Shown here one piece after another: positions 49,499 to 60,342 of a stretch of DNA of 64,000 bases. Numbering within the stretch: the first letter of the stretch is position 1; the number at the start of each line of letters is the position of its first letter. The notes under the pieces were generated by a model that ran no database searches, was not told where the DNA came from, and worked only from the letters and a program-made list of their open reading frames with translations. The stretch lies in NCBI GenBank assembly GCA_031414595.1, contig JANNVX010000033.1, forward strand, positions 5,276 to 69,275, written 5' to 3'. The stretch is from Deinococcales bacterium (GTDB taxonomy: Bacteria > Deinococcota > Deinococci > Deinococcales > JAAFIG01). The position numbers were made by a program, and so were the translations under genes.

Positions 49499-49565
49499 TT
49501 CGTCAACTGACCGACCCCTCAAAACCATCTGACCGATGCCCGAATGCCATTCTCGAGCCTAGGCT
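49499..49565 (+). promoter_or_regulatory. Putative kdp promoter/operator (site 3)
   Basis: GTCA-AC-TGACCGA-N15-TGACCGA, then -10 TAGGCT 30 nt after the start of the second heptamer; same spacing as site 1. Confidence 0.7.
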
Positions 49566-49583
49566 TCTAAGCGGAGGTCTTTT

Positions 49584-49667
49584 ATGCTTTGGGTTCTACT
49601 GATTCTGGCGGTTTTGTTGGTTGTCTACTTGTTCTATGCACTCCTTCGACCAGAGGCATTCCAATGA
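49584..49667 (+). CDS. kdpF: K+-transporting ATPase subunit F
   Basis: MLWVLLILAVLLVVYLFYALLRPEAFQ (YL.YALLRPE.F signature); GGAGG SD. Confidence 0.9.
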   Translation: MLWVLLILAVLLVVYLFYALLRPEAFQ

Positions 49668-49741
49668 TTGGCGGCTTGCTGATTTTACTTGGTTTATTTT
49701 TGTTGTGCGCTGCTTTTATTGGCGCTGTTGAGAGGCTCTAA
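49664..49741 (+). CDS. Second small hydrophobic kdp peptide (25 aa)
   Basis: MIGGLLILLGLFLLCAAFIGAVERL; ATGA overlap with kdpF, stop abuts the kdpA ATG. Confidence 0.75.
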   Translation: MIGGLLILLGLFLLCAAFIGAVERL

Positions 49742-51487
49742 ATGGATATTTTCTTTTCGTATGTTCTGCTGTTCGCGCTTGCATTGCCACTTGGTTGGTA
49801 TATGGCACGGGTGTTCTCGAGTCAACCCACTTTTTTAGACCCTATTTTTAATTGGCTCGAGCATCTGATTTTTAGGGTGCTGCGGGTTAATCCGCGTCAG
49901 GGCATGACGTGGCGCGGCTATGCCTTGGCACTGCTTTTTAGCAATATCCCAATTGGTGTATTGGCGTACCTGATTTTTGTTTTTCAGGGCAGTTTGCCAC
50001 TGAACCCAGACAACATTCCAAGTATGTCATGGGATTTAGCCCTGCACACGGCGGCTAGTTTTATCACCAATACCAATCAGCAGCATTATTCTGGTCAAGC
50101 CCAACTCTCGTATTTTTCGCAGTTAATCGCCATTGTCACAATGATGTTTGTGACTCCTGCGGCGGGTTTAGCGGCAATGGTGGCGGTGCTGCGTGGCATT
50201 ACTGGCGGTCTGCGACCTGAAGGCAGCATTGGTGCAATTCCAGTTGCCAATCTGGGTAATTATTATGTGGATGTCACCAAGGCATTAACTCGAGTCTTAC
50301 TGCCATTATCGTTTGTGTTGGCACTGATTTTAACGTGGCAGGGCGTTCCAAGTACCTTCGACGCGGCAAAAACCGCGACCCTTCTCGAGCCAAACGCAGA
50401 AATCACCACTCAGACCATTCCAGTCGGACCTGTCGCGGCAATGGTGGCAATTAAGCAACTTGGTACAAACGGCGGTGGTTGGTATGGACCTAACAGCGCT
50501 GTGCCGCTCGAGAATCCCACGCCGCTCAGTAATTTGTTGCAAATGCTGAGTATTTTGTTGATTCCAATGGCAAGTATTTTTATGGTTGGGTTTTTTACCA
50601 AGCGCCCAAGTTTTGGAATCTCGGTCATGGGAATTATGGTGCTTCTGAGTGCAACCTTAACATTGTTAATTGTGCCAGCCGCATTAGCTCCTAATCCTGC
50701 TTTTACAGGTTTAGCAGTTCAATCCCCAAATCTCGAGGGGATCGAACAGCGTTTTGGTACAACCCTTTCGGCACTCTGGGCAACGTGGACAACCCAAACC
50801 AGCAACGGCAGTGTCAATGCAATGCACGACAGCCTCAATCCACTAGCTGGGCTTGTGCCGCTTGTGGGGATGTGGCTGAACATGACCTTTGGCGGTGACG
50901 GCGTGGGTTTTTTGAACTTTTTTATTTATTTAACGATTGCGGTCTTTATTGCTGGTTTGATGGTCGGGCGTACCCCAGAACTCTTTGGGCGTAAAATCGA
51001 GGCTCGAGAAATGAAATTGGCTTCGATTGGTATTTTGATTGCCCCAGTTTTAATCCTTGTCCCAAGTGCTTTAACCCTTGGAATTCCGAGTTTAACCGCC
51101 AATTCCAACCCTGGTTTTCATGGATTAAGCCAAGTGGTTTATGAATTCTCGAGTGCCACCGCCAATAACGGTTCGGGTTTTGAGGGCTTGGGCGACAACA
51201 CCGTGTGGTGGAACGTCATGACTTCGGTCTGTTTGATTCTGGCACGGTTTATTCCGATGATTGTGCCGCTCGCCATTGCGGGTTTTCTGGGGGCTAAAAA
51301 AGCTGCGCCAGCCAGTGCTGGAACGTTGCGGGTGGACACACCGATTTTTGCGGTCACAACCCTAAGCGTGATTCTGATTGTCGGGGCGTTATCATACTTT
51401 CCCTTAGCGGTCATGGGTCCAATTGCCGAACATCTGACCCTTGGGCAACCCCTGCCGCAACCTGTTCCACTTGAAGGTGTGAAATAA
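49742..51487 (+). CDS. kdpA: K+-transporting ATPase subunit A
   Basis: [41 protein letters not shown]. Confidence 0.97.
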   Translation: MDIFFSYVLLFALALPLGWYMARVFSSQPTFLDPIFNWLEHLIFRVLRVNPRQGMTWRGYALALLFSNIPIGVLAYLIFVFQGSLPLNPDNIPSMSWDLALHTAASFITNTNQQHYSGQAQLSYFSQLIAIVTMMFVTPAAGLAAMVAVLRGITGGLRPEGSIGAIPVANLGNYYVDVTKALTRVLLPLSFVLALILTWQGVPSTFDAAKTATLLEPNAEITTQTIPVGPVAAMVAIKQLGTNGGGWYGPNSAVPLENPTPLSNLLQMLSILLIPMASIFMVGFFTKRPSFGISVMGIMVLLSATLTLLIVPAALAPNPAFTGLAVQSPNLEGIEQRFGTTLSALWATWTTQTSNGSVNAMHDSLNPLAGLVPLVGMWLNMTFGGDGVGFLNFFIYLTIAVFIAGLMVGRTPELFGRKIEAREMKLASIGILIAPVLILVPSALTLGIPSLTANSNPGFHGLSQVVYEFSSATANNGSGFEGLGDNTVWWNVMTSVCLILARFIPMIVPLAIAGFLGAKKAAPASAGTLRVDTPIFAVTTLSVILIVGALSYFPLAVMGPIAEHLTLGQPLPQPVPLEGVK

Positions 51488-53529
51488 TGCAACAAACTGT
51501 TAAGAATCGCCGTGCTGCGGCAATTATTCCCGAAGGTAAACTTGGTGGCTTAATTGTTGAAAGCGCCAAAAAACTCAATCCGATTTATTTAGCCAAAAAC
51601 CCTGTGATGTTTATTGTGCTGATTGGCACAGCCGTGACGCTTTTTCTAACCCTCGAGAAATTATTTTCAAGTCAAACTTTTGCCTACGAATTGGTCATCA
51701 CGGTGCTATTGTTGCTAACCGTACTTTTTGCCACTTTTGCCGAAAGTGTCGCCGAGGCTCGGGGTAAAGCCCAAGCTGCCAGTTTGCGTTCGGCTCGAGC
51801 CGACACGCCAGCCAATCGGTTGCTGGGCAACGGACAAACCGAGGTTATCTCGAGTACCAGCTTAAAACAAAACGATTTGGTGCTGGTCTCTGTCGGGCAA
51901 CTGATTCCAGCCGACGGCGAGATTGTGACTGGTCTAGCAATGGTGGACGAAAGCGCCATCACGGGCGAATCTGCGCCTGTACTGCGTGAAGCTGGCGGTG
52001 ATTTCTCGAGCGTGACAGGTGGAACAAAAGTCATTTCTGACCAGATTACGGTTAAAATTACCAACTTGCCCGGCGAGAGTTTTTTAGATCGCATGATTGC
52101 TTTGGTCGAGGGCGCAAACCGCCAAAAAACCCCAAACGAAATTGCACTGGGGATACTGCTGGCGGGTTTTACCCTAATTTTTGTGCTGGTGGTCGTTACC
52201 CTGCTGCCGTTAGCAGCTTTTATTGGTGTACGGCTCGAGGTCACAACACTGGTGGCGCTGTTGGTTTGCTTGATTCCGACTACAATTGGTGGTTTATTAC
52301 CCGCGATTGGTATTGCTGGTATGGACAGGGCGCTGCGTGCCAATATCATTGCTAAGTCTGGGCGAGCCGTCGAAGTGGCTGGCGACATTGACACCTTACT
52401 TTTAGATAAGACTGGCACGATTACCCTTGGCAACCGCCAAGCGACGGCATTTTTACCTGTGTCGGGCGTAACCGAAGAGCGCCTCGCTAAAGCCGCTCAT
52501 TTATCCAGTTTAGCCGATAACACCCCCGAAGGAAAAAGCATTGTCGAACTAGCCATTCTGCGTGGCTCGAGGGTAGATGCTGGACTGCGCGATGTGGCAG
52601 AGTTTATTGAATTTACGGCGCAGACCCGCATGAGTGGGGTCAACATCCCAGATGGTAAACAAATTCGTAAAGGCGCACCAGACCGCATGATGCGCCTCGT
52701 CAAAGATAGTTTTCATACTGTTCCCAAAGAACTGCAAGATGATGTCGAAAAAGTGGCTCGAGGTGGTGGTACACCCTTAATTGTTATCGAGGACGGCGAA
52801 GCGCTTGGCGTGGTGGCACTCTCGGACATTGTTAAAAAAGGCATTAAAGAACGCTTTGCCCAGTTGCGTGCCATGGGTTTACGCACCGTCATGATTACCG
52901 GCGATAACCCACTGACCGCTAAAGCGATTGCCGAAGAAGCTGGCGTAGACGATTTTTTAGCCGAAGCCACACCCGAAGATAAAATGCGCCTGATTAAAGC
53001 CGAGCAGCAAAAAGGCAAATTGGTGGCGATGATGGGCGACGGCACAAACGACGCGCCCGCCCTTGCTCAAGCCGACGTTGGGCTTGCCATGAACAGTGGC
53101 ACACAAGCTGCTAAAGAAGCCGGCAACATGGTGGATTTGGATTCTGACCCGACCAAACTGCTCGAGGTTGTGGAAATCGGTAAGCAGCTTTTAATCACAA
53201 GAGGCGCATTAACCACTTTTAGCATTGCCAACGATGTCGCCAAGTATTTTGCGATTATTCCCGCGATGTTTGCTGGCACAATTCCAGCCATGAAAGCCCT
53301 TGATATTATGCAACTCTCGAGTCCAGAAAGTGCGATTCTAAGCGCCGTGATTTTTAATGCGGCTGTCATTCCACTGCTGATTCCAGTTGCCCTGCGTGGT
53401 GTCTCGTACCGCCCCATGAGCGCCGATGCGATTCTGACCCGCAACTTACTGATTTACGGACTTGGCGGCGTGATTGTGCCATTTATTGGTATCAAAGCCA
53501 TAGATTTATTGGTTGGATTGGTTTTTTAA
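51487..53529 (+). CDS. kdpB: K+-transporting ATPase subunit B
   Basis: [29 protein letters not shown]. Confidence 0.97.
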   Translation: MQQTVKNRRAAAIIPEGKLGGLIVESAKKLNPIYLAKNPVMFIVLIGTAVTLFLTLEKLFSSQTFAYELVITVLLLLTVLFATFAESVAEARGKAQAASLRSARADTPANRLLGNGQTEVISSTSLKQNDLVLVSVGQLIPADGEIVTGLAMVDESAITGESAPVLREAGGDFSSVTGGTKVISDQITVKITNLPGESFLDRMIALVEGANRQKTPNEIALGILLAGFTLIFVLVVVTLLPLAAFIGVRLEVTTLVALLVCLIPTTIGGLLPAIGIAGMDRALRANIIAKSGRAVEVAGDIDTLLLDKTGTITLGNRQATAFLPVSGVTEERLAKAAHLSSLADNTPEGKSIVELAILRGSRVDAGLRDVAEFIEFTAQTRMSGVNIPDGKQIRKGAPDRMMRLVKDSFHTVPKELQDDVEKVARGGGTPLIVIEDGEALGVVALSDIVKKGIKERFAQLRAMGLRTVMITGDNPLTAKAIAEEAGVDDFLAEATPEDKMRLIKAEQQKGKLVAMMGDGTNDAPALAQADVGLAMNSGTQAAKEAGNMVDLDSDPTKLLEVVEIGKQLLITRGALTTFSIANDVAKYFAIIPAMFAGTIPAMKALDIMQLSSPESAILSAVIFNAAVIPLLIPVALRGVSYRPMSADAILTRNLLIYGLGGVIVPFIGIKAIDLLVGLVF

Positions 53530-53537
53530 GGAGATTT

Positions 53538-54164
53538 ATGCGGAATATCAAAATGCTAGAACCAGAACTCGACTCGAGGGGCGGTAACATTGGTACTTGG
53601 CTGGGCTTTACAATCATCATGACGATTTTCTTTGGTTTGATTTACCCAGTGGTCACAACATTTCTTGGACAGATACTTTTCCCACTTCAAGCCCGTGGTT
53701 CTTTGCTCGAGAAGAACGGTACTGTGGTTGGCTCGAGCCTGATTGGGCAATCTTTTAGCGGCGCAAAATACTTTATTGGGCGACCGTCAAGCGCTGGTAA
53801 GGGATACGACCCAACCAGTGCCAGTGGCAGTAACTTAGCCGTTAGCAATCCAGCTTTACGCCAACGCGCCACAGCTACTGCCCAAGAAATTGCGGTTCGA
53901 GAAGACATACAACTCGAGCAAATTCCAATGGATTTAATCACCGCCAGTGGTTCAGGTTTAGACCCGCACATCAGTACAGCAGCCGCCGAAATTCAAATTA
54001 CTCGAGTTGCCAAGGCGCGTGGTATAAGCCAAAACTTGGTGCGTCAGGCAGTCCAAAAACAAACCGAACAGCCCTTGTGGGGGGTGTTCGGTTTGGCTCG
54101 AGTTAATGTGCTTAAACTCAATTTAGAACTTGATAGACTATCGCCTACCAAGTCTGGGACGTAA
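53538..54164 (+). CDS. kdpC: K+-transporting ATPase subunit C
   Basis: GSSLIGQSF, GRPS, TASGSGLDPHIS, VNVLKLNL. Confidence 0.96.
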   Translation: MRNIKMLEPELDSRGGNIGTWLGFTIIMTIFFGLIYPVVTTFLGQILFPLQARGSLLEKNGTVVGSSLIGQSFSGAKYFIGRPSSAGKGYDPTSASGSNLAVSNPALRQRATATAQEIAVREDIQLEQIPMDLITASGSGLDPHISTAAAEIQITRVAKARGISQNLVRQAVQKQTEQPLWGVFGLARVNVLKLNLELDRLSPTKSGT

Positions 54165-54183
54165 TTTTATGTGCGTCCCATTT

Positions 54184-55383
54184 TTAGAATTTGATAGGCA
54201 GTGCTTTTAATCCCCGTGGTACAAAACTTCTTGCCCAACGCAGTTCTTCGGGTTTAACTGCCAATGTTAAGTTCGGTAAACGCTCAAATAGTACACTAAA
54301 TGCCACACTCGCCTCGAGCCGAGCAAGGGGCGCTCCAACGCAGTAGTGCATTCCCATCCCAAAACCAAGATGTTTGTTGTTCTCACGGTCTAGCATCAGG
54401 TTTTGCGGATTTTCAAAACGCTGTTCGTCGTGGTTGGCAGACCCCAGTCCAGCATAGACCACATCGCCTTGGCGGATGCTTGTACCAGCAATCTCAACGT
54501 TCTGGGCGGCATAGCGTGGTGTGGCAATCATGATTGGGGCGGTAAAACGCATCAGTTCTTCGATGGCGGGCTTCATCAGACTCGGTTCGGTTTTTAGGCG
54601 CTCGAGTTGCTCGGGGTTGGTCAGTAGTGCTAATGCGCCATTGCCAATCAGGTTAGCCGTGGTTTCTTGTCCTGCCGAAAGCAGCAATCCAGCCATGCCA
54701 AGCAGTTCATCTTGGCTTAAGCTCGAGCCGTTTTCTTCGGCTTTTAAGAGGGCTGATGTTAAGTTATCTCGAGGATTCTGGCGGTGTTCTTGGAATAAGC
54801 GTTTTAAGTATTGTGCCAATTGGTAAATACTTGGTAGGGCAGTAATTCCATCGAGCGGTGCGCTGATGCTGACCATTTTTAATGACCAATGATGAAAATT
54901 AAGGCGATCTTTTTCTTGCACACCAAGCATTTCGCTGATAATCGTCATCGGGATTTGGGCAGCGAAATCTTTGATTAAATCCATTTCGCCTCTTTGAATG
55001 GCTTGGTCAATTAACTGATGCGAAAGTTTGGTCACATGGTCGTGCATTTGGGCAATTAAACGCGGCATAAAGGCTTGATGCACCAAGCCGCGCAAACGGG
55101 TGTGGTCTGGTACATCGGTCTCGAGCATATTGGTTTGTAGTGCTTTGATAAAACTTGGCATTGGGATTTGGCGTTGATTTAGGCTGCGTTGGTTTTTGAC
55201 AAATCGCGTATCGTCTTTAAGTAAATTCTCGACATCGTTATAGCGTGTCACCAACCAAGCTCGAGAGGCGAGCATATCGCGGATGGGAACAACAGGGGTT
55301 TGCTCGCGCCACTGCTTAAACATGGGGAACGGGTTAGCACGAAAACTTGGGTTGCTGATGTCTATTGGTTTCATTTGCGGCAT
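54184..55383 (-). CDS. Cytochrome P450 (CYP107-like)
   Basis: HTRLR, AGQETT, EELMR, HLGFGMGMHYCVG. Confidence 0.95.
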   Translation of the reverse strand: MPQMKPIDISNPSFRANPFPMFKQWREQTPVVPIRDMLASRAWLVTRYNDVENLLKDDTRFVKNQRSLNQRQIPMPSFIKALQTNMLETDVPDHTRLRGLVHQAFMPRLIAQMHDHVTKLSHQLIDQAIQRGEMDLIKDFAAQIPMTIISEMLGVQEKDRLNFHHWSLKMVSISAPLDGITALPSIYQLAQYLKRLFQEHRQNPRDNLTSALLKAEENGSSLSQDELLGMAGLLLSAGQETTANLIGNGALALLTNPEQLERLKTEPSLMKPAIEELMRFTAPIMIATPRYAAQNVEIAGTSIRQGDVVYAGLGSANHDEQRFENPQNLMLDRENNKHLGFGMGMHYCVGAPLARLEASVAFSVLFERLPNLTLAVKPEELRWARSFVPRGLKALPIKF

Positions 55384-55404
55384 AAGGTGTTTCTCCGAAG
55401 AATT

Positions 55405-56622
55405 CTAAAAACTAAGTGTAAGCCCAAAGCGAATTTGAATTCCAAACGCCCCGCTTGGATTGAGGCTCGAGCCTAACGCACCGTAATTCAAGCTGGCATT
55501 GGTCTTGAAACTCAGTCCATCGGCGAGGGTATAGCTTAAATTGGGTGCAAAAACACCACTGCCATCAGTCAGGCTTTGTACCCAAGCGGCACTGAGGCTG
55601 GTGCGGTTATCAAGCGCATAACTGGCAATCAGCGCAGCGTTCACGCCAAACGTATCCTCCAGACCCATTTCGCCTTTTTGCCAACGAAAGTTAAGTAATC
55701 CTGTCAGACCAATCTCAGAGACTCGAGTTTCGGCTTGAACAGTAAACGCAAAAGCATGATTGCCGATTTCGGGATTCGTGCCATTTGGGTCTTGGGTGAA
55801 GGTATATGAAGTCTCGGCACGAATCGCAACTTCGTTAAGGCTGATGTTGGTTTCTAAACCAAGCACATGAATCCAGTCGTAATTCAGCACAGGCTGAGCA
55901 ATAAATTCGCCAGCTTTGGCAGTCGGTAGTAAACGCACGGTTGGGGTTGGCGTGTGCCGATAACCCCTGTAAAAACTGATACTAAAATCTGCACCGTCAA
56001 AAATATCGAGGTTGCTCGAGAAGCGCAGACCATACTGGGTATTCTCGAGCCGAGCGGTTGGGCGGTTATCTATTGGGGCGTTCTGTCCGACAATCGTTAT
56101 CCCGGGCGGTGGGGTTGGGACTAACAGGGCAAAAACGGGCAAGACACTGGGCGTAAAACCGGGTGCAAGCAGACCCTCGAGCCTTGCAGTATCGGAAAAA
56201 TTCCAAACTGCCCGTAAGACTGGTATGGCAAGGCGTTCTTGGCTGGTAAAATCCTGTGGGTTGACATTGCTGACCGAACCCAATAAATCCACTGCGCCCC
56301 AATTGACCAACAAATTCCCTGCACTCAGGTCAAAATCTCCAAGGTAAGCAGTGATAAACGTTTCGCCCAAAGTCACTCGAGTTGTGCCGGTTGCGGCATC
56401 AAAACCAGACTTGAGATTGGCGGCAAAGGCAGCACTCGGGGCTTCTTCTGTGCCAAGCGAACCCGAAAATTTAAGCGTAAAAGCTGTGTTTCCTAAAACT
56501 GCACCGCTCGAGACCAAACCAAACTGCGCCTCGAGAACGCCACCGATTGAAAAACGAGAAGTTTGAGCCAAGCCACTCGAGCCAAGCAGCAGTGCAATCA
56601 AGATTAAAATAATTTTAGGCAT
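55405..56622 (-). CDS. Putative outer-membrane beta-barrel protein
   Basis: Signal peptide, amphipathic strands, SAGNLLVNWG..D motif, C-terminal Phe (FGLTLSF). Confidence 0.7.
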   Translation of the reverse strand: MPKIILILIALLLGSSGLAQTSRFSIGGVLEAQFGLVSSGAVLGNTAFTLKFSGSLGTEEAPSAAFAANLKSGFDAATGTTRVTLGETFITAYLGDFDLSAGNLLVNWGAVDLLGSVSNVNPQDFTSQERLAIPVLRAVWNFSDTARLEGLLAPGFTPSVLPVFALLVPTPPPGITIVGQNAPIDNRPTARLENTQYGLRFSSNLDIFDGADFSISFYRGYRHTPTPTVRLLPTAKAGEFIAQPVLNYDWIHVLGLETNISLNEVAIRAETSYTFTQDPNGTNPEIGNHAFAFTVQAETRVSEIGLTGLLNFRWQKGEMGLEDTFGVNAALIASYALDNRTSLSAAWVQSLTDGSGVFAPNLSYTLADGLSFKTNASLNYGALGSSLNPSGAFGIQIRFGLTLSF

Positions 56623-56629
56623 GGCATCC

Positions 56630-57379
56630 TTAGGGTTGTTTCAAAAATCGTTCGGTGAAGACGCTATCAGCAATTTCAACATCCATTTCCATAGCCGTTT
56701 GCTTAAAGGTGCTTTTTGAGCCTTGCGAGACGGTTTCCATCGAAAGGGTTTTAATCAGGTTGTAGCCTTTAATCACCCCAAACTCGAGGGCGCGAAGGGT
56801 CTTAAAAACCTTATCGCCTTTGTAGTAGTCGGTTTTTAAGGTGTTCAGGGTTTTCGCCTCTATTTCGTAAATAATTTTGTCGTAATTGCTGTTCTTTTTG
56901 GCTTTGGCTTCAATGATGTATTTGCCGTTGTCGCTCGAGGTCAGGCTGTAATTAAAGTCCTTAGTGTCGGAGCGCCCAAGGTCGCAGTAACTAAAATCCG
57001 AACCAAAAAACGCCCCATCGCAATCGCTCGAGTCTGAGCCACCAGTCGCCAGTCGGCGGGTGCGCCCAAGGGCTGGAAGGTAGAGCAGGGTTTCGGTCAG
57101 ACCATTTTTCTTGATACTGAGGATTCCACTGCCTTTAATATCGGCTGGGGCAAGAAATTTGACAAGACTGCGGTCATTGCTTGCCCATGATTTCATGGTG
57201 CGCGATAAGGTCTGCCCGTTTTTGCTAATCTCGAGGTTGATTGTGCCAATACTTGACTTTGGGGTTGGGCGGTCAAGGGTGGCTTGCATCACTTCTAAAC
57301 CAGTTTTATACATTTGGTTCTGAGCGAGGGTCAGCGCTCCAAGTGCAACGACGATGATACTGAATATTATTTTTTTCAT
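56630..57379 (-). CDS. Outer-membrane lipoprotein-sorting (LolA-like) periplasmic protein
   Basis: FLAPADIKG, LYLPALGRTRR, FFGSDFSY.DL, FTERFL. Confidence 0.85.
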   Translation of the reverse strand: MKKIIFSIIVVALGALTLAQNQMYKTGLEVMQATLDRPTPKSSIGTINLEISKNGQTLSRTMKSWASNDRSLVKFLAPADIKGSGILSIKKNGLTETLLYLPALGRTRRLATGGSDSSDCDGAFFGSDFSYCDLGRSDTKDFNYSLTSSDNGKYIIEAKAKKNSNYDKIIYEIEAKTLNTLKTDYYKGDKVFKTLRALEFGVIKGYNLIKTLSMETVSQGSKSTFKQTAMEMDVEIADSVFTERFLKQP

Positions 57380-59634
57380 AAGGTTGCTCCTTCATTGGTA
57401 CTCGAGGTCAGGACAGGTTTTTTAACTGGGTCACGCAAAAATTGTAAACACATGGCAGGCAGTAAAGTCAGGCTCGAGAGACCAACCGCCAGTACCGTAA
57501 AAACCATCATTTGTCCAAGGCTGGCAACGGGTTGCAACTGGCTAAAAGACAGGGCTGCAAACCCAGCCCCAAGGGTTAAAGCCGTAAACAAGATGCTGCG
57601 TCCACTGGTGACAATTGTGTTCTCGAGGGCTTGTTCTGGGGTCTGACCAAGGCGGCGTTCCTCGAGAAAGCGCACCGTCAGATGAATCGCATAATCGCCC
57701 ACGCCAATTGCCAGAGCGCCAAGCAGCATCGTCGAGATGTCCAAGTCAATGCCGAGCCAACCCAATAAGCCGTACTGCAAAATCACGGTCATGATTAAAC
57801 TCGAGATGGTGACCAGTGCGGCTTTGAAGCTGCGAACAAAACTATCAATAATCACCACCAAAACAATCGCCAGCGACAAACTAATAACAAAGTCGTGAAT
57901 CATCACATCCTCGAGTGCCAAGCCGCTCAGGGCTTGTCCGCCGACCTTGACAGTCGCAACACCCTTAAAAACTTCTTCAGAAAGGGCTTTTATTTGATTG
58001 TAATAGCCTCTGGTGTTGCTGGTATTTTCAAGTGGAATGCCAACCTGAATGATTGTTTGTTGCTGATTTAACGACAATTGCTGAGTAATCGCACTGGTGT
58101 CGCTGCTAGACTGGTAAATCAGGAGTTCCTGAGCCACTTTCTCGCGGCTGGCTGGAATTTGGCGCTGTCCCGTAAATAAGTGATTTAAGGTCATGACGGT
58201 ATCGCTGATGCTGATGGTGTTGCCGACTCCTGAAATTTCGGCTTTGGCTCGAGTCGTGAAGGTCTGGATGGTGTTCAGGATTTTTGGCTCGAGAATATCG
58301 CCCTCAATAAGCACAGAGATGCTGCTTGAACCACCAAAGAGTTTATCCACTTTGGCAATGTTTTTTACGGTTTGTGAGTTCTTAGGAAAAAAACTCAGAT
58401 ACGAGGTATTGGGTTGAATTCGGGTTGCCCCAATCAAACCAAAAATCATTAAACCAACTGCCGCCATCATCACGATTGTGCGGTGTGTGACGACATATCC
58501 TGCCAAGGCTTTAAGAATACCAGTAAGAGCGCCGCCTTGTGGTTTAACCCGCACTTTTGGAACTGGCAAAACGTTTATCAGGGCTGGCAACAAAAAAACC
58601 GCTCCAGACAACGCGCCAATAATCCCAAAAATAATCAGCGTACCAAGGTCGCGCAGCGTACCAATATCGGATAGCCACAAAGTCATCATTGAGGCAATAA
58701 TTGCAATCGCACTAATCACCACCCCTTGGGCTGTCTCGGAAAATGTGGCTCGCAGCGCATCGGCTTTGTTTTTGCCATGCAAAAGTTCAGAATAAAAGCG
58801 CCCGAGTAGATGCAGCGAAAAACTACTGCCAACAGCCAGCACCGCAATAATGCCAATCGCGGTCAGTGCGCCAAACGTCCCAGAAATCCAGCCGTACAAG
58901 CCCATACTCCAGACCAAGCCCAGCACAACTTGAATCAGTGGCAAAATGACTCCATGAACCGAACTAAAGTTCAGAAATAAAAATAGTAAAATCAGTCCAA
59001 GGGCAATCAAACCAACCACTTGTATATCGTTGACCAAAGTGCGGTTGACTTCGGCAATCACAAATGGCGCACCCGCCATGGCTTTTTCACCAGTCCAGCC
59101 GACATTGACGGCGTTACTGACTTCTGTGCCAAATTTTTGTTGGTCTACACCAGACTTCATTTCGATAATCACGACCGTGTTCTGACCATCTTTGGTGACC
59201 AAACGGGTTTGCTCTTGGTCAATATAGGCTCGAGCCGAGGCGATTTCTGTACTGGTGGGGATATTATTTTTGAATAACTTGGTGCTTTTAATAAAGCCGT
59301 CGTCTTCCTCGAGTTTAGAAAAATTGGCTAGGGAGGTGACTTTAGCCACACCGTAAACCGATTCTAATTTGCTGGTCAAAACCCGCAGTTCGTTGATTCG
59401 TAATGCGGTGTAAATATCACCACCCAGCACGGCAATGATATTTTCAGCCGAGCCAAAAGTTTTTTTAATCTCGTCAGAAATTGTCAAAAGTGGATGATGG
59501 TCTGGTTGAATCACACCCGTGGTATCACTGATTTTGGCTCGAGGTGTGCCGCTCATAACCAGTAGTGTGACCACTAAAAAGCCAATAATCACCAGCCAGC
59601 TTTTTTTGAGAATAAATTCGATTAAGGGTTTCAT
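57376..59634 (-). CDS. MMPL/RND-superfamily transporter
   Basis: Two repeats of periplasmic loop + TM bundle; GVGDYAIH in the second half. Confidence 0.9.
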   Translation of the reverse strand: MKPLIEFILKKSWLVIIGFLVVTLLVMSGTPRAKISDTTGVIQPDHHPLLTISDEIKKTFGSAENIIAVLGGDIYTALRINELRVLTSKLESVYGVAKVTSLANFSKLEEDDGFIKSTKLFKNNIPTSTEIASARAYIDQEQTRLVTKDGQNTVVIIEMKSGVDQQKFGTEVSNAVNVGWTGEKAMAGAPFVIAEVNRTLVNDIQVVGLIALGLILLFLFLNFSSVHGVILPLIQVVLGLVWSMGLYGWISGTFGALTAIGIIAVLAVGSSFSLHLLGRFYSELLHGKNKADALRATFSETAQGVVISAIAIIASMMTLWLSDIGTLRDLGTLIIFGIIGALSGAVFLLPALINVLPVPKVRVKPQGGALTGILKALAGYVVTHRTIVMMAAVGLMIFGLIGATRIQPNTSYLSFFPKNSQTVKNIAKVDKLFGGSSSISVLIEGDILEPKILNTIQTFTTRAKAEISGVGNTISISDTVMTLNHLFTGQRQIPASREKVAQELLIYQSSSDTSAITQQLSLNQQQTIIQVGIPLENTSNTRGYYNQIKALSEEVFKGVATVKVGGQALSGLALEDVMIHDFVISLSLAIVLVVIIDSFVRSFKAALVTISSLIMTVILQYGLLGWLGIDLDISTMLLGALAIGVGDYAIHLTVRFLEERRLGQTPEQALENTIVTSGRSILFTALTLGAGFAALSFSQLQPVASLGQMMVFTVLAVGLSSLTLLPAMCLQFLRDPVKKPVLTSSTNEGATL

Positions 59635-59732
59635 AAGGACTCCTAGGGGTGTAAAAAACCGTAAACAACCTCTTTAGCTGCTCGAGTGTGTTTTATAAAC
59701 AATCAGTTAGTTATTATTTGAGTAAAAAAAAA

Positions 59733-60317
59733 CTAGCCCTCCTTCGGGTCAAGCCCACGCCAAAAGACCAAAATAAAATCCTCGAGAAAACCACTTGCAC
59801 CAAACTGTCCAGCCACCGACTGGGTGGCTTTACTCATTGCAAAACCAGCCGCCGTGTGTAGCAGCGTCAAAGCTGGCACAGTTGGGTCGCCACGAATAAT
59901 TCGTCCTAGTGCCATTTCACGGGCTAAATAAGCAGTCAGTGCCGCGAAATCGTTATCTACTGGTGGGGGTAAAGGAAACCCAGATTGTTGTCGTGCCGAC
60001 ATCAGCAACATCATACTAGGCAAAATTTCGGCAATATAGGCATCTATGCGCCTTGCAATCAGCAATAAATCGGCTTTTGGGTCGCCATGACCAATGGCGG
60101 CGGCAAGTTCGGCTGTCCAAACAGGTTGGCGCGGTGGTAGCGACATCGCGGCAAAAAATAAATCTTCTTTGGTTGCATAGTGCTTAAAAATACTGGCACT
60201 CGAGATGCCGGCTCGCTTTGCCACATCCACGGCTGTGGCATTTGCGCCCTGCTCGAGAAAAATGGCTCGAGCAGCCTCGAGAATTTGGGCTTTAGAAATG
60301 GTGGCGGTACGTCCCAT
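59733..60317 (-). CDS. TetR-family regulator
   Basis: ILEAARAIF...VAKRAGISSASIFKHYATKEDL. Confidence 0.92.
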   Translation of the reverse strand: MGRTATISKAQILEAARAIFLEQGANATAVDVAKRAGISSASIFKHYATKEDLFFAAMSLPPRQPVWTAELAAAIGHGDPKADLLLIARRIDAYIAEILPSMMLLMSARQQSGFPLPPPVDNDFAALTAYLAREMALGRIIRGDPTVPALTLLHTAAGFAMSKATQSVAGQFGASGFLEDFILVFWRGLDPKEG

Positions 60318-60320
60318 AAA

Positions 60321-60342
60321 ATAATAATAACTGACCAGTTAC
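60321..60342. promoter_or_regulatory. Possible TetR operator, with a related copy at ~59697-59718
   Basis: AATAACTGACCAGTTA near-palindrome; AATAATAACTAACTGATT on the minus strand upstream of the MMPL gene. Confidence 0.4.
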
